Under the pieces are notes generated by a model. It did no database searches. It saw only the letters and a program-made list of their open reading frames with translations, and was not told the DNA's origin. The position numbers and the translations under genes are program-made. Below are positions 38,138 through 52,040 of a DNA stretch of 64,000 nt, piece by piece; the first letter of the stretch is position 1, and each line of letters begins with the position of its first letter. The DNA comes from Podarcis melisellensis (Eukaryota): assembly GCA_964234715.1 (NCBI GenBank), contig OZ174279.1; one strand, written 5' to 3'.

Positions 38138-38271
38138 CTGTATTTTTTCCGTTTATAAGACGGGGACTCAAAATTCAGAAAATGGGGGGGAGATTGCCCC
38201 CCATGTATAAGCCCCCCTTTTAACATTATTTTTTAGTAAATAAGCCTAGTCTTATACACGGAAAAGTATAG
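38138..38271. mobile_element. Tc1/mariner (Tc2/pogo-like) MITE
   Basis: TA|CTGTATTTTTTCCGTTTATAAGAC..GTCTTATACACGGAAAAGTATAG|TA. Confidence 0.7.
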
Positions 38272-38486
38272 TAATAGCTCTGGGCCTCCTAATTTGGATT
38301 GCGACTATAGCCCTGGTGGAGGGGTCTTAACCCTTTCCCTCTGCTCCATGATCCTAAAGAAAATTCCCTCAAAGCTATTTGTCCCAGGAAGACATATCTG
38401 CAGTTGAAGGGTTTTGTCCCTGCAAGTCAGAAGGTAACAGCACTCATCCTAGACATGGAGAATTAATGAGTTGTACTAGTTGCAGA

Positions 38487-38813
38487 GGGACGTGGGTGGC
38501 GCTGTGGGTTAAACCACAGAGCCTAGAACTTGCCGATCAGAAGGTCGGCGGTTCGAATCCCTGTGATGGGGTGAGCTCCCGTTGCTCGGTCCCTACTCCT
38601 GCCAACCTAGCAATTCGAAAGCACATCAAAGTGCAAGTAGATAAATAGGTACCGCTCTGGCGGGAAGGTAAACGGTGTTTCTGTGTGCTGCTCGTTCGCC
38701 AGAAGCGGCTTAGTCATGCTGGCCACATGACCCGGAAGCTGTACGCCGGCTCCCTCGGCCAATAAAGTGAGATGAGCGCCGCAACCCCAGAGTCGATCAC
38801 GACTGGACCTAAT
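38487..38813 (+). mobile_element. Sauria SINE lacking its 3' tail
   Basis: GGGACGTGGGTGGCGCTGTGGG..GGTTCGAATCCC..GACTGGACCTAAT. Confidence 0.9.
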
Positions 38814-40552
38814 GCATCTCCAGGTAGGGCCAGGAAAGGCACCTATCTGCAACCCTCAGGAGCCTTTTCCAGTGAAAGTGAAACACAGGTAGGGCCCCTC
38901 TGTCTGGCCTTCTGAACTCCCTATGCTACACCTCTCACTGGTTCTCCATACTCCAAAGGTCCTTGACCTCAGTCAATGCCTCTTGCTTCTTTGGATGGAG
39001 GATGGAGGATGTGAGTAAATATTACATGAGTTGCTTCACTCACTTTTGCCTCTGGTTTTGTCCACCACTGGCATGCAGCCCTTCAAAGGTTGCCCCAAAA
39101 GGAATGTGAGCCTAGGGCTGAAAAAGATTCCCCATCCCTGGTGTAAGTAGTGCTGAACTGGATGGTCTTTTAGAAGGCAGCTTCCTTGGTTCCAAATGGA
39201 CCATCTCTCATTTCTAGGACTTGCTCCATTTATTAGTGCTAAAGCAATGATTTTTTTGTTGACATACTCTGAGTCTGCTGAGATTTTTTGCCAATGGAGA
39301 AACAGGGCTGGAAAGGAAGTGGGAAGCAAAGTTCTTAGGGAGAAAATTGAGTCATTATTGAGGACATAAATATCATAGGAATCTATAAGATCACAAATGC
39401 TTGGCTAGACAAATTATATTTTGTATTTTTATATTGTAAACCATCCTTCAATCCTCAGATGAAGGGCAGCATAGAAATGTATAAAATCAAATAAATACAA
39501 AATTAGGCAGCTGAACGTCCTTATCTAGGGGTATTGATGGTCCCGCTGCTCATCAAGGATTCAGCCCCCACCTTTGGAGTTCCAGAATGAGGTGGCATGT
39601 TTATTTTCAGTCTTTGGTGAAGGAACAGAATTGTGACACAGCAGTGGGCACAGAGCAACAAGAGGGGGCATGAGTTCAGTGGCCTGCAGAGTTCGCCCCA
39701 CACAATTCTTCCTGAACCTGCTCGCTTAGCTGATTAGTCCCTAAGTGAAAATTGGCAGTTTATGATTACAGTATTTAATGAAAAGCTCCACCAGTAGTAG
39801 CTGTCGTTTTCCGTCTTTCTCTACTTTGATGCCAGCATTTTTTAAAGGTAATTTAAGGTCCACCCTGGATTTCTTCTTTTTTACCTCCAGGAAAACCAGT
39901 GCAAACAATTATAAACTCCTTATTAATTTAGCACAGGCTCTGTATTTGTTTCCCCTTGGGAATATTGCATATTTAAATATATACCTAAGAAATGGCTTGT
40001 AACTTCGAGATGTGGGAAATGGGTAACCAGTACATATATGTACACTACTAATGTATTAAAATTAATTGGCAGTCTTACTTTCTCAGATTGATGTATGAGC
40101 AGATTTTGGAAAATAAAAGCAATTTTCAGTATACAACATGAGCAGCCATTTTGCCATTATTATTTATGGCAAAGTTATAAATGTCAGTTTTTGTAGCTTC
40201 AACAGACCACAATTTGGGGGTCTCAATATATTGTTTTCCTATATATTTTATGGCAAGCAGTATCATGCCTTTCCATTCTAACCTCTCCCCTTTATGTATA
40301 GACAACCTTGGCAAATAACCCATATTGCCTACTCCTAGTTATGGGAGCAAGGAGATACTGAGCATAGCTAATTACAATTGTTCTTCTTGGTAAAAAAAAA
40401 GTGACTGTTGCCTTGGGAGCAATTTTATATTATTGCAGAGCCTCTCAATTTTATTTTTGTGTGCTTGGGAACAGTAAATGGTAGCTATGACCAAGCTGGA
40501 ACATACTTATCTTTTCAATGGGCAATGGAAAGAGACTTCATAGGTGGACCTA

Positions 40553-40774
40553 GGGCTCATCCACACTCCACTCGTCCCATGCCTAGAAAGCATAGGGCCA
40601 AGCAGTCTTTCGTTTGCCCTGACGCTTTTCTTTGGAAAACCCACTCTTTACTATTGAATCAGAGCAAACGTCTATCCATGGAAAACCCAACTGATGTTTG
40701 CTCCGATTCAGCCGTGAAGAGCGGGTTTTCCCAAGGGGAAAATGACAGGACAAGCAAAAGTATGGAGAGTTTCC
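40553..40774. mobile_element. Fold-back MITE (Harbinger-like termini)
   Basis: Outer GGGCTCATCCACACT / AGTATGGAGAGTTTCC; inner ~40-bp inverted arms 40630-40669 and 40696-40735. Confidence 0.6.
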
Positions 40775-43654
40775 TAGACTGAGTAACCTATGAAACTGGG
40801 AAGAGCAACTTTTTTGGGGATGTGAATTAACTTCACAGCCATGGATTTATTGCTTGAGTCATTAGAATATATATAATGGAAGGTCCACAATATGAGATGG
40901 AATGGCATATGAATTAACCCTAAACATTTTATTTTCCCTACAGTATCTCTAGTGGCATACTGGCTTATCTGTAAGGAGGTTTTCCTCCCTTTGGTGCACG
41001 TAACTGAAGGAAACCCCCAGATCCATTTTGACACCTTGGTTCTTTTGGGGGTTTAGCCTCACTACCTATTTATAGCATATTTTTGTTCCCTAAAATCCAA
41101 GGCAGCAAATCTTGTGGCATTTTAGATTGGGTCCAGATGTTTGAGATTTTAGTCTTGAAAACATTATGATTCTCTAGATAATGTCCGCTTCTGCATTATT
41201 ATGAGGGGCACATCAAATTTTCTCAGTGCCACATATGCCTTCCAAGTGCATAGCATTATGTAATATGGTGTGAATTTTGGTAGCAGTGACATTGACTTCC
41301 ATAGCTCCCTCCTCTTTATGCTTACTTAAATAACAGACAATTGGAAAAATACAAGTCTGTTAAAATGTTTTTGTATTTTTCTTCATTTTCTTCCTTTTTC
41401 TATCCCTTGGGCTCAGAGCATCTTACAGTATTTCTTTATTAATGTTAGTAGTTGTGTCCCTAAGGCATCTAAGAAAATCAAACAATTTGGCGATAAACGA
41501 TACCAACTGAAATAAAAATGACATTGTACATAGATATCATACCATATTACCAAACCATTACAACCAATTTATCACAGACATTCTTAGTATGTGAACATAG
41601 TTGTTAGTGGCAGGCAAACTGAATGTGATAGCTATCATGTGTTCACTATCATTTCCACTGGTTGTGTGAATTGGCCCTGAGAAGATCTGCTCCACAGCTG
41701 ACATCTGTTTCTTTTATCTCTATGATGAAGAGAAGGGAGGCCTGGATTGCTCAAGTGGCAGGCATGAACAGATGTGGAACAATATCAAGGATTAAAATCA
41801 AACCTTCACATAGAAGGATTAATTTTGCACAGTGCCTTGATTTTTGCTTCAGAACTCTGTAATAGTTTTTTTTCAATTAAGCTCTCTCTTTTTTTTGTAA
41901 ATGCAAAACAGCAGGATGCAACATCACACACATTATACATCTCCTGAAATAGCTTTTTGAAATATTATCTGATATTGACCTACTGGTGCTAGATGACCTT
42001 GGGAAAGTCAGCTAAAGAGTAGACTTCTAATTCTGAACATATGACTGAACTCTAATTTTTTTTTTTAAAAAGAACCGCTTTTTATTTTTGCAAGGAAAAT
42101 GGAATGGCCAAGTGAAATCCAGTCATTATAGACATTTGCCATTTTTCTTAGACCATAGCTCATCATTCTCTTTAAGTTTCACAGGCATCAGATAGTAATA
42201 ATTTTCTACCAGTTGTACATTAGTTGATAAGGGATATTTTGAGGACCGATGAAGGAGTAGCTGTGATTACAGATGGTGTTCTGCATGTGCAACATTGTCT
42301 GAGTTGATAATTTTCTTGGGAGTTTATGGGCTTTGTCAGAGTGCATGGTTTTCAAGGCTAGCAGGGACCACTCTGACCACATAGCCCAGCGCAGAGAGCA
42401 TCACAGAGTAATTTATTCACTTGAGGATATTTATTACTACTAGCCAGCCTGACTCACTTGTAGATGAATTATAGTGATGCTTCATTCAGGCTGCAGTATA
42501 ATATGCCACCTGCACTTCTTCTTAATCTTTTCCGGTAGTTAATTATCCACACTGTTCAAAAAGTGGCATTTCATTTCTATATTAATTAAAAAATATATAT
42601 AATTTCACATTCCGCTCCTTGAATGTATCTTTAAATTTTCTGTTTGATATGTTGAAAGAGCCCTCTACAATCAAATAGCATCTCCTGGGACAGATGTTTA
42701 AAGTTTTGTAATCAAGTTGCTTCTTCTCTTGTGATTAATGTGAACAGATTGAGGTCATATTCAGCCGTTAAAATTGTTAGCAGAATCAATCACAAAATGG
42801 GAGCTGATAACTTTATTGTAGAATATGAAAAGAGGGGTGGGAACTGTGAATTAGCAGAAATATATGGATTTTTTCACTCGAGAGAATCTTAATTCTCTCG
42901 AGTGAAAATCATCAAAATCTTAATTCAAGACAAGTTTACATGCCTTTGTGTGGATAAGGATGCTCTCAAGAATCCTTTGCTGTATTTGTATACACATGTA
43001 TTTCAAAATTGGACAAAAGTGCAAGTTCTTGCATTACAAATTGCAGGGGCACTACTGTCATTGAAAAATGTAACCAGGAAATATGACCTTGCTCTAACCC
43101 TCCTTTAAACTTTCAGAATTGGTTTTGAAGTCTTGGCTTTTGGGAAAGCATTTTCTACTTTGGGCTAATAGAGTAGAAAGGAAGCCTTGGGTTTAAATTG
43201 CTGTAACATGGCTTGATATTAAATACCACAAAGAACTTCTGAACTATAAGAGAGGCTGAACAACGGAACAAGTGTTTTGTGGTTATGGAGTCTTCATACC
43301 TGGAGGTTTCCAAGGAAGGTTCATCTAGCAAGCTTTATATTACATAGAATATTGTGGCCTGGGGAAGGGATTCTTGACTAGATGACCTTCTATACCCCCA
43401 ATAATTTGTAACTGTTTCATGACTTCCTATTCTTCCTGTAACTAACTAACTTGAATCTCATTTGCATTCATTATTGGCAAATAATGAATATGGGGGTTGA
43501 AGACCTCAGAAAGGAGGCAGCATAAATTGTGACAATATGTAATGAATTGGAATTTACATGACATGGATGCCTCTTTGGATCGGGGGGGGGGGGGGAATAA
43601 CAATGAAAATGGCAATGGGCTCAACATAGACAAAATGATTACCTACCACAGGAT

Positions 43655-43900
43655 TTTGGGATAGCCACCGGCATCATGGGCTTTGAAAAAAGGACTCTGC
43701 AAATTCATGCAGGATAAGTCCATCACACTGTAATGAAATCTCCCATGTTCAAAGGCAATTGACTTCACATTGCTAGAAGCAAACCTCAGGAGCATATTAT
43801 CGCCTTCATGTGTAGGGTATGCATGTATGATGGCTGGTAACCATTGATAAAAGAATGTTGGATTAAGCGGACCTTAATCTGATCCAGCAAGGGAGTTCCT
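43655..43900 (+). mobile_element. CR1 LINE 3' end, degenerate
   Basis: GGCTTTGAAAAAAGG..CAAATTCATG.AGGATAAG..CTGATCCAGCA. Confidence 0.55.
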
Positions 43901-44168
43901 TTAACATGTGTGCCTTACTGGGGGGTCTGGAAGTTCCCAGGTCTCCTTTTTCAAGCATTTTTTGCTATACAATATTGACTAGACTGTTGTATATGATAGG
44001 AAGCCATATATCTTGTCATTATGCATATAAAAGCTCCATCTTATGAGGAGAATCCTATCCTCAAAGATTTGTGCACGTAACATGGACACATAAATGGTGA
44101 AAATGCATGATGCCTCAGTTAAAATAATGGCTAACTATGTAAAATTTGGCTATGTGTATGTTTAGAAC

Positions 44169-44533
44169 GGGACGTGGGTGGCGCTGTGGGTTAAAGCCTC
44201 AGCGCCTAGGACTTGCCGATCGAAAGGTCGGTGGTTCGAATCCCCGCGGTGGGGTGCGCTCCCGTCTTTCGGTCCCAGCGCCTGCCAACCTAGCAGTTCG
44301 AAAGCACCCCCGGGTGCAAGTAGATAAATAGGGACCGCTTACTAGCGGGAAGGTAAACGGCGTTTCCGTGTGCAGCTCTGGCTCGCCAGAGCAGCGATGT
44401 CACGCTGGCCACGTGACCCGGAAGTGTCTCCGGACAGCGCTGGCCCCTGGCCTCTTAAGTGAGATGGGCGCACAACCCCAAAGTCTGTCAAGACTGGCCC
44501 GTATGGGCAGGGGTACCTTTACCTTTACCTTTT
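44169..44533 (+). mobile_element. Sauria SINE, full length, second subfamily
   Basis: A/B boxes, (ACCTTT)3 tail, perfect 12-bp TSD TATGTTTAGAAC (44157-44168, 44534-44545), many intact CpGs. Confidence 0.93.
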
Positions 44534-46639
44534 TATGTTTAGAACATGAACTCGTGGTTCACCCTCTTGGAAATGAGCTGGAGAATTTTAGTTTGTTGAA
44601 TGACTGTTCATATTACAAATTCCAGGAAGCCTTAGAGGCCCATAGATCATCTGCTTACCTGTGTTTACACCTTGCTGCCAATTTAAAGCTTCATAAAAGG
44701 TAAATGGATTCTGGAAATAAGCAATACAATACACAAACAAAAATAGTCCAGTGCATCGTTACAATTCAGTTTGACTAATTCAACAGATGATTAGATTTAG
44801 CATGTATTGAACACCTATAATTTTGAAAGTTTGGAGTTATATTTCATGGAAAAAGCTGGTAGTATTGGCCAGTTGTGAGTTTTGTTAATACATGTGTTAG
44901 GGACCTCTTCACTTTTTTCATTTGGCAGGAGATCAGCAGTTACAAGCTTTTCTGTTTTACTTTGGAAAACACCCAGATAATCTTTTCATCACCAAAGTAC
45001 TACAAAACATGGCCAGTTCCCTAGGCTTTATTGAAATGCTGCCATTGCTAAGGGCACTTGTTGCAAAATGGTTTACACATTTAGCCTGTAAATCTAAATG
45101 CACCCTGCTAATTGAGAGATAAGTTGTGGAAATGTTGGCGTTAGCTCTTGAAGCAAGGGTAGCATAGAGAAAAGCCTCAAACCTGCGCAGGTAATATGGG
45201 CAGAATTATGGCTCATTGAGATATTGACACTTTAAATTGAAGATCTAGTTTAAAATGCTGTCTCCCAAATATTCCCATCCATTTTTTCCCCTTCTACCTT
45301 ACACCTTTTACTTAATCTTCAGTCTCTTCTGGTTTTTCTTATGTTGTGAACAATGTACCTTTTATTTTCATAAGCGTTAATATAGCTTCATGCATGTGAT
45401 TCTGTTGGGTAGGGGGCTTAATTGTCCCATGTTTAGTCTGTGTCTTTTCTTAGCTCAACAGTGGAGTTTTCTCTGTAAGCTTTTCCCAAATTGGAGTGTA
45501 ACTTTTATTACTTTGTAGCTGTTTTCATTATTAAATATCCTTTTTGAAAAACATGAACCTCCAAGTTAATAAAGGTGGTGATTTAGGGGGGGTGGAAACA
45601 GAAGCTGAAAGCGCTTTTCATATGTGGGCAACATTACAGAGGTTCAAAGGTAAACTGGAATGCTGGGATCAATAGAAGCAGAAAAAAGAATGCTTAAGCA
45701 AATCCTCTGTTTATTTCACGGTTAGATACCTTCAAATTAGCAACAGAATTTGATGCTGTGAGGCAGGGATGCATACAGACTGCTCAATTAGTAAAGAACT
45801 CTTTTTGAGCTCAACCTATTGACTTGTTTCTAACATGTTTTGCTGGGAATTTTTAAAAATGTAAATAAACTAATATTTTGATGAGTTTAACAACCAGCAT
45901 TGCAAGGGGTTGATCTAGATTACCCTTCCAACTCTTTAATCCTATTATTCGATGAAGACATTCCTCTCTTTAAAATCAGTGATGTGATTGGTGTTTGACT
46001 TTAGGATAGCATAGACAGAGAGTTGTGCCCAAGTTCTATTAAGTGTAGATCCATTGAAATTAATGGAGCTAAATTAAGACATTTCCATTACTGTCAGTGA
46101 GTCTGCTCTAAGTAGGACCAACATTAGATACAATGCATAAGTTTAAGTTACAGATAGATTCTTACCTAACTTCATGCACATATTTGAGCTGTCACCCAAT
46201 TTTTAAAAATCTGAGGCTACAATCCTATACTGTATATAAAGGTAATTCAGTCTCACTGAGTTTACTGGGGCTTAATTCTGAGTAGACAAGTATAGGATTG
46301 CATTGCCTGTTAATTGTATCAGTCTCCATAGGTTAAATCTACTCCATCTTATAGGAGGGGATTCTTTCTTTTGGATGGTGTTTGCATATGACCTTCTTAA
46401 AGTATGTGTGTTGGCAGGGGGAATCAAACTCCCCAAGCTTAATATCTGCCATGATGGAAGGAAAATGTTTCTCTCTTAATATCTTCTCATTGCTTTAATT
46501 CCTAGGGGAGTTTTTATGCCTCCTGTCCCACTAGGTACAAAACAATAATATCCTGTCCGCTGTACCACTCATGTTTAATCTGGTGTTAGAAAAAGCATAG
46601 ATAAGAATACAAAATCCAAAGTATGTGTTGAGTCTTATA

Positions 46640-46865
46640 CAGTGGTACCTCAGGTTACATAAGCTTCAGGTTACAGACTCCGCTAACCGAGAAATAGTGC
46701 TTCAGGCTAAGAACTTTGCTTGAGGATGAGAACAGAAATTGTGCTCCGGCGGTGCGGCAGCAGCAGGAGGCCCCATTAGCTAAAGTGGTGCTTCATGTTA
46801 AGAACAGTTTCAGGTTAACTACGGACCTCCAGAACAAATTAAGTACTTAACCCGAGGTACCACTG
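46640..46865. mobile_element. Tc1/mariner-like MITE, family A
   Basis: TA|CAGTGGTACCTC..GAGGTACCACTG|TA. Confidence 0.88.
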
Positions 46866-48607
46866 TATAAAAAAAGGAACAAGCTGTTAAGCTTCTACTG
46901 GTTCTAGACAAAAAATATATCCTCCAATAACTCCCTAAAGGAAACTGGTAGAGATCTATTTACAATAATGAGGTAGCAATGTAATTGCACATTAGTGGAA
47001 ATGATTGATTAGGTTGATTATACCATGTGAGCAAATGTTCTTTTTGCTGCAAAAAGACCTGTCATGTCTGCAACAAATGAGAGCTATGAAATTCAACTTC
47101 TCCTACTTCTGGGAAGAAACAAAAGCATTGTATGGAGGAGCTCTTGATCCAAATATGGGAAACAAGTCTCTACCCTGATTTCCCAGAACGATATGTTGCT
47201 ATCAAGTATGTTGCTCTTATGAGGGCCAGGTATTCTACTTCTTCCTTAGTATACCGTTTTGCAAATGCAGATACTGATTTACTGCTCACAGTTCTCCTCC
47301 TTTGTGCCTTTGTGTATGTTAACTTCTTACAAGCACTGCAGATAGGTCTGGCCCACAAGAGCAACCATAAAATTGGTATCTTTTAAAGTGCCACAAGACT
47401 TCTTGTTTTCACCACCACTGAGCTTTCTGGAATCTGAAAGTTTAAGCCGCTCCCTTGAGCCATTAAATAATTGGTAGAGCAGCTGACCAGCAAAGGCTTG
47501 GGTGCTATAGGTTTTCTGCAATGTGATGTTACGTGTTGCTTTCATTACAGAGCAGCTATTCCCAATTTTCTGGCACTTTAGTATGAGCTCTCACACAATG
47601 CATGTACTTACTTGCGATTGGGCCACAGTGGTGATATTGAATTACCTGCTCCTAATGGAAAAAGGGCAAATCCATTTCCCCCAAAGAAAGCGCAGCTCTG
47701 CTGATGGTGTTTGTGATGGAACAAAGCACTTTATTTCTTTCCTTAGAAATAAATGCATTCTTCTAATATAGCCATTAATGCTTACGGTTCCTTCTAAGCA
47801 TCAGATAGTGTTTGAGTTTTCACCTGGTCAGGGTTAATTACCTTGGCTGCTTTTAAAAGCCTAGGCACAATTCATTTTTTTATGTCAAATTACATAAGGC
47901 TTGTGGGAGTCAGGTGTGCTTTGAACAAAATAAGAGTTTTCTGTATGCCTTTTTCAAATAACATTCATTTACAGATTATTCCACAAAGATTTGTTTCCTT
48001 TTATTATACTCAAGTACTAATAATCCAGTGACGTTGGTGGGATTCATAAGCAAACTGAGTTTATAGAGGTGATATTTCCATAGCTTCACAGGATGCTGCC
48101 TTATGTCAGCTGTTTCAAGAGTACTAGACCAGTGTGTTCTCAATGTCATTGTGCACAACCACAAGATATAATTAATGAAACCATTCTTATGCATTTGGCT
48201 CTGTCACATTTTTGAACATAGTCATGTTGGACATAGGTGAATGGATTGAGCTCCAAAAGGGCTGGCGCATAGGGGTCGTAGACTGTAAATCCACCACCGA
48301 ACTGAGATTCTTTTCTGCATTGTATTAGTTAAGCCTTTTCTTTGGAACATGCTCAAGCCTGTCTAGAGCTACTTGTACAGGACACATGACTTTGTGAATA
48401 ATCTTCTGTCAAAAGCTAAGAATTGTTTCTGTGGCTTAATTTGAGTCAGTGTTGCACCCTGGGACATTTTTACAATTCACGGGCATGTTAAGTTTAATAA
48501 AGGAGAGTAAATTGCAGCAGCTTACATTTCCCTTGCCACTCAGTAGCTGCAACAAGTCTCAACGCACCTGGAATTAGGAGACAGAGTTTCCAGGTCAAAG
48601 GATGCAT

Positions 48608-48614
<7 letters not shown>

Positions 48615-48657
<43 letters not shown>
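48615..48657. repeat. (TG)n microsatellite
   Basis: About 21 units, preceded by (TA)n. Confidence 0.95.
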
Positions 48658-48658
<1 letters not shown>

Positions 48659-49129
48659 CTTCGTACGTCTCCTTTCAGAAATCAAACACTTGCATTTCCC
48701 GTCATTCTTGAAATTCCTACTAGCATGCTTACTTTCATAGACATACATTTGGGGAAGTAGGTTATAATTATATACTATAGTATGTGATCTGTCTTGGACC
48801 CCTGCCATTTTCTGTGCATATACTAGTAGAACATATGCCTTCTGAATAAACAGAGTGATATAAGGGGCCGCTGACAAAGCTGCAGTATTTCTTGCTCATG
48901 AAACCTTTGAGAGTTTCAAAGATGCTGTGTATCTGATTGTTTCTGAGTACTAAGCAAGCCTGACCTTGGATGCTGCCAGGATAGGAGACCACCTGGGGAC
49001 CACATGCAAGTCATTCCGAGGCCCTTGGAAGAAGAGCATGGCAAATACAGTAGGCAAAAAATCTGCAGAGGCTTCAAATACTGTGAAAAGCTACCCGCAC
49101 AAGTATCAGCCTACTTTGCTTTTTTCGCT

Positions 49130-50120
49130 TAAAATATTTATATGATGTGCTTAACCATTTTCTCAGGACAGTTTAAGACTGAGATAAAAAACAGATGAAA
49201 AATAAATAGATCAATAAAACGCATACATACCTAAAGCCCAGATAACAGGAACTGATAGAAGGAGCTGGGAAAGTAAGAGTGGCTTTACTTGGTGTCAGCA
49301 TGACATCAAGCTAGGCATCAAGTGAGGCTCTCTGGGGAGAGCATTCGAGAGCTGAGGTGCCACTACTGAAAAGACCCTTTCTGCAGTAGTCACCTGTCAC
49401 ACATAGCCAGGCAGGAGCACCCAGAGAAAAGGGCCTCAGAAGGTTATTGAGAACTAGGTAGATGACCCTCCAGGTACTCTGGGTTCCATGTCATGCCAGA
49501 CTTTCAGGGTCAAAAAAACAGCACATTGACTTGGGCCTGGAAATAGACTGGAAACCATTGAAGCCAGGAAAGCACCAGCATGCTCTCCAATTCCATTTAG
49601 CAGTCTTGCTGTGTTCTGATTTAACTGAAGTTTCACATTGGAGTATTGCAGTGTATTGTGCATGGGTCTGCCTTTGAAGACAAATGGGAGGATATCAGGA
49701 CATGAAAAACTGAAGCTCGGTTGTCCCTGTCCAGATAGAGTCATAGTTAGTACACCAATAGAAACTGGAAAAAGGTGCTATGGAGACAACCTGCACTTCT
49801 AGGGACATAAGATGAACCAATTTTGTATATAATACTTTAGGAGGAGTGCAACTCCCTCCAGAATGGACAGAACGCTGCTCACCTAGACAGATAAGCCAGT
49901 ACTAGCCATATCCTCAAACCTCCACTGACATGTAACTTAACTGTTACATGTAAACATAAAACAGCATGGAGGATAGAATAGCACCCTGTGGAGACCCCCT
50001 AAACACAAGTGCCAAGCAGTCTAGCAGTCTTTCCCCAGCATCACCTAGAATTGTCTATCCAAGTAAGAGTAGAACTAGTTAGTCCCCCAGTCCCCAACTC
50101 ATCCAGTCCTGGGGTATGAA
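49130..50120 (-). mobile_element. L2 LINE 3' portion, degenerate
   Basis: Minus strand shows G..QGAILSSMLF..Y and KLQL.QN.AR remnants plus CTTTTCAGTAGTGGCACC typical of the L2 ORF2 end. Confidence 0.6.
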
Positions 50121-51970
50121 TACAGCAGCTCTGCACAGGGATAATTTGTATTTTGAGTCACCTTTGTGTGTCTTGGAAGGATGGGTATTATCAGCCTTCC
50201 ACAGTTGGTGCGTTTGGAGGCACAGATGGGTTGGTTTCCTTGAGTAATGATTGTGAGCCAGCAAGAAAATCAAAAACATATCCCATATCTCCTGTCTGCA
50301 GTCTCTAATCAAAGCATCTTGATCTATAGTGTTCTGCAACATAGCAGGAGCCAGTCATTATTTTGGAGTATTTTAAATTTAGCATTTCCTGAATTGCAGC
50401 CCCAAATCTATTATTTGGAAATAAGTCCCATGGCTTTCAATGACAGTTACTTCTCATAAAGTTTGCTTAAAAGATATTAGGAAATAAAACATGAAACATA
50501 CATTCTGTGCAACCCAGTTTACTTGGAAGAAATAAGAGGTTACGTTTAACCCACATGGCAAATACCTACATGTGAACAGAGTTGTCAGCAACTCAGTGTT
50601 TTACCTGCCTATTTGGTATCATTGCATTGGTTTCAATATTAGGTGTTTGATTTTGGGTTTTTAAAAATCCTGTATATTAATAGCAATCTCAGTTCTGCTT
50701 ATGTAGGCAGCACAGCACTAGTCATGCACAAGAGGGAAGTAACAGCAGACGGGGGAGACTCCCAAGATCTGCATGAGTACAAAAAATATTTAGGAAATAA
50801 AACTTCAGCGGGGAATCCACACCCCCAATAAGGACTGAGTATGCTTATTCCATTAGGATTCTCCTTGCACAGAGCACTTTCCCCCTCTCGTTTCGCTGTA
50901 CCCCCACATGGCATCTGGAGCAAATTTTGGAAATGCACAGGGGAGGCGAGGTGGGGAAAAGTCCCATTGCACAAGCAGAGGTCTTGCTGGTAGTTAATGC
51001 ATTCATTCATTCCTTTCCTCCCAGGCCACATTGTAAAGCACAGATTTAGCAACTGTTTCTGTTTTGATAAGAGCATCTGATACTGACGGTTTCATGTTTC
51101 TTAAACATCTTATTAGATTTTTGATGCAAATAGTTTTCGGTCCACTTTCTCCCTCCTCTAAAATGTTGCTGAGTGTCTCAAGCAATTCAAGTAAGGTATA
51201 TGATTAGCCTACACCATGCCTATGCAATGGTAGCAGCTTATCTGATGGGAAACAACATTTGAATAAGGATGAGCAAACACAACTTTCAAGTAGGATCTAG
51301 AAATAATCAAAAGCAAATAAATTGGTTTCTTGAATGTTCACTGGGTGTCCAGAATTATCATCCGACCTCCTGCCTGGAGTTCTGGGCTCTGCGTATATGG
51401 CGTAGATTGGAGCCTTCAGACTCTGCTAAGAATTTCTCACCATGAATGAGGCCCTATGCACCCTCTTCGCTTGTGTTCCTTACCAATGGTGGCTGGGAGG
51501 CCTCACTTACAAAGAGAAATCTGTATTACAGCCTGAGGCCTTCAGACCCTGCCGTTTAGTGCTTTCATTTCCTCAAAGTAGGGCCTAAAGGCCCAATCTG
51601 AGCCAGCTGGCATTCATTTTCTATGATTTCCCAGCATCCCTGACTGAATTATGCATGTATGGAGGATTTCTGAGCCTCGCACCTATGTCCCTGAGGTAAG
51701 GGACTGGGAAGGCCTCAGCAGGTCTGCATTGGTAGTGCTGTAGCCTCACATCAGGGTCTAGAGGCAATAATAGGACTGCCCAGGAACATGATTTTTACTT
51801 CTACAGTTTGTATGCCATTTGATCACAGTAATCTCTATGTGGCATGCAATAGAAATAAAAATGCATTCGAACTATAAAATCAAAATTTGGTTTAAAAGCC
51901 AATTGAAATGTAAAAGGTCTTCAGTAGATGCCAGAAGTGCAACAGGGAGGGTGGCCTGTTTCATAAAAGA

Positions 51971-52040
51971 AAAGGTAAAGGTACCCCTGCCAGTATGGGC
52001 CAGTCATGACCCACTCTAGGGTTGCGCGCTCATCTCGCTC
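51971..52040 (-). mobile_element. Sauria SINE 3' fragment
   Basis: AAAGGTAAAGGTACCCCTGCC..CGCTCATCTCGC; tail of the 44169-type subfamily. Confidence 0.8.

Noticed and set aside
38487-38570. tRNA gene (A/B boxes; also 31208 and 44169)
   Set aside because: tRNA-derived SINE heads continuing into SINE bodies; no cloverleaf or terminator
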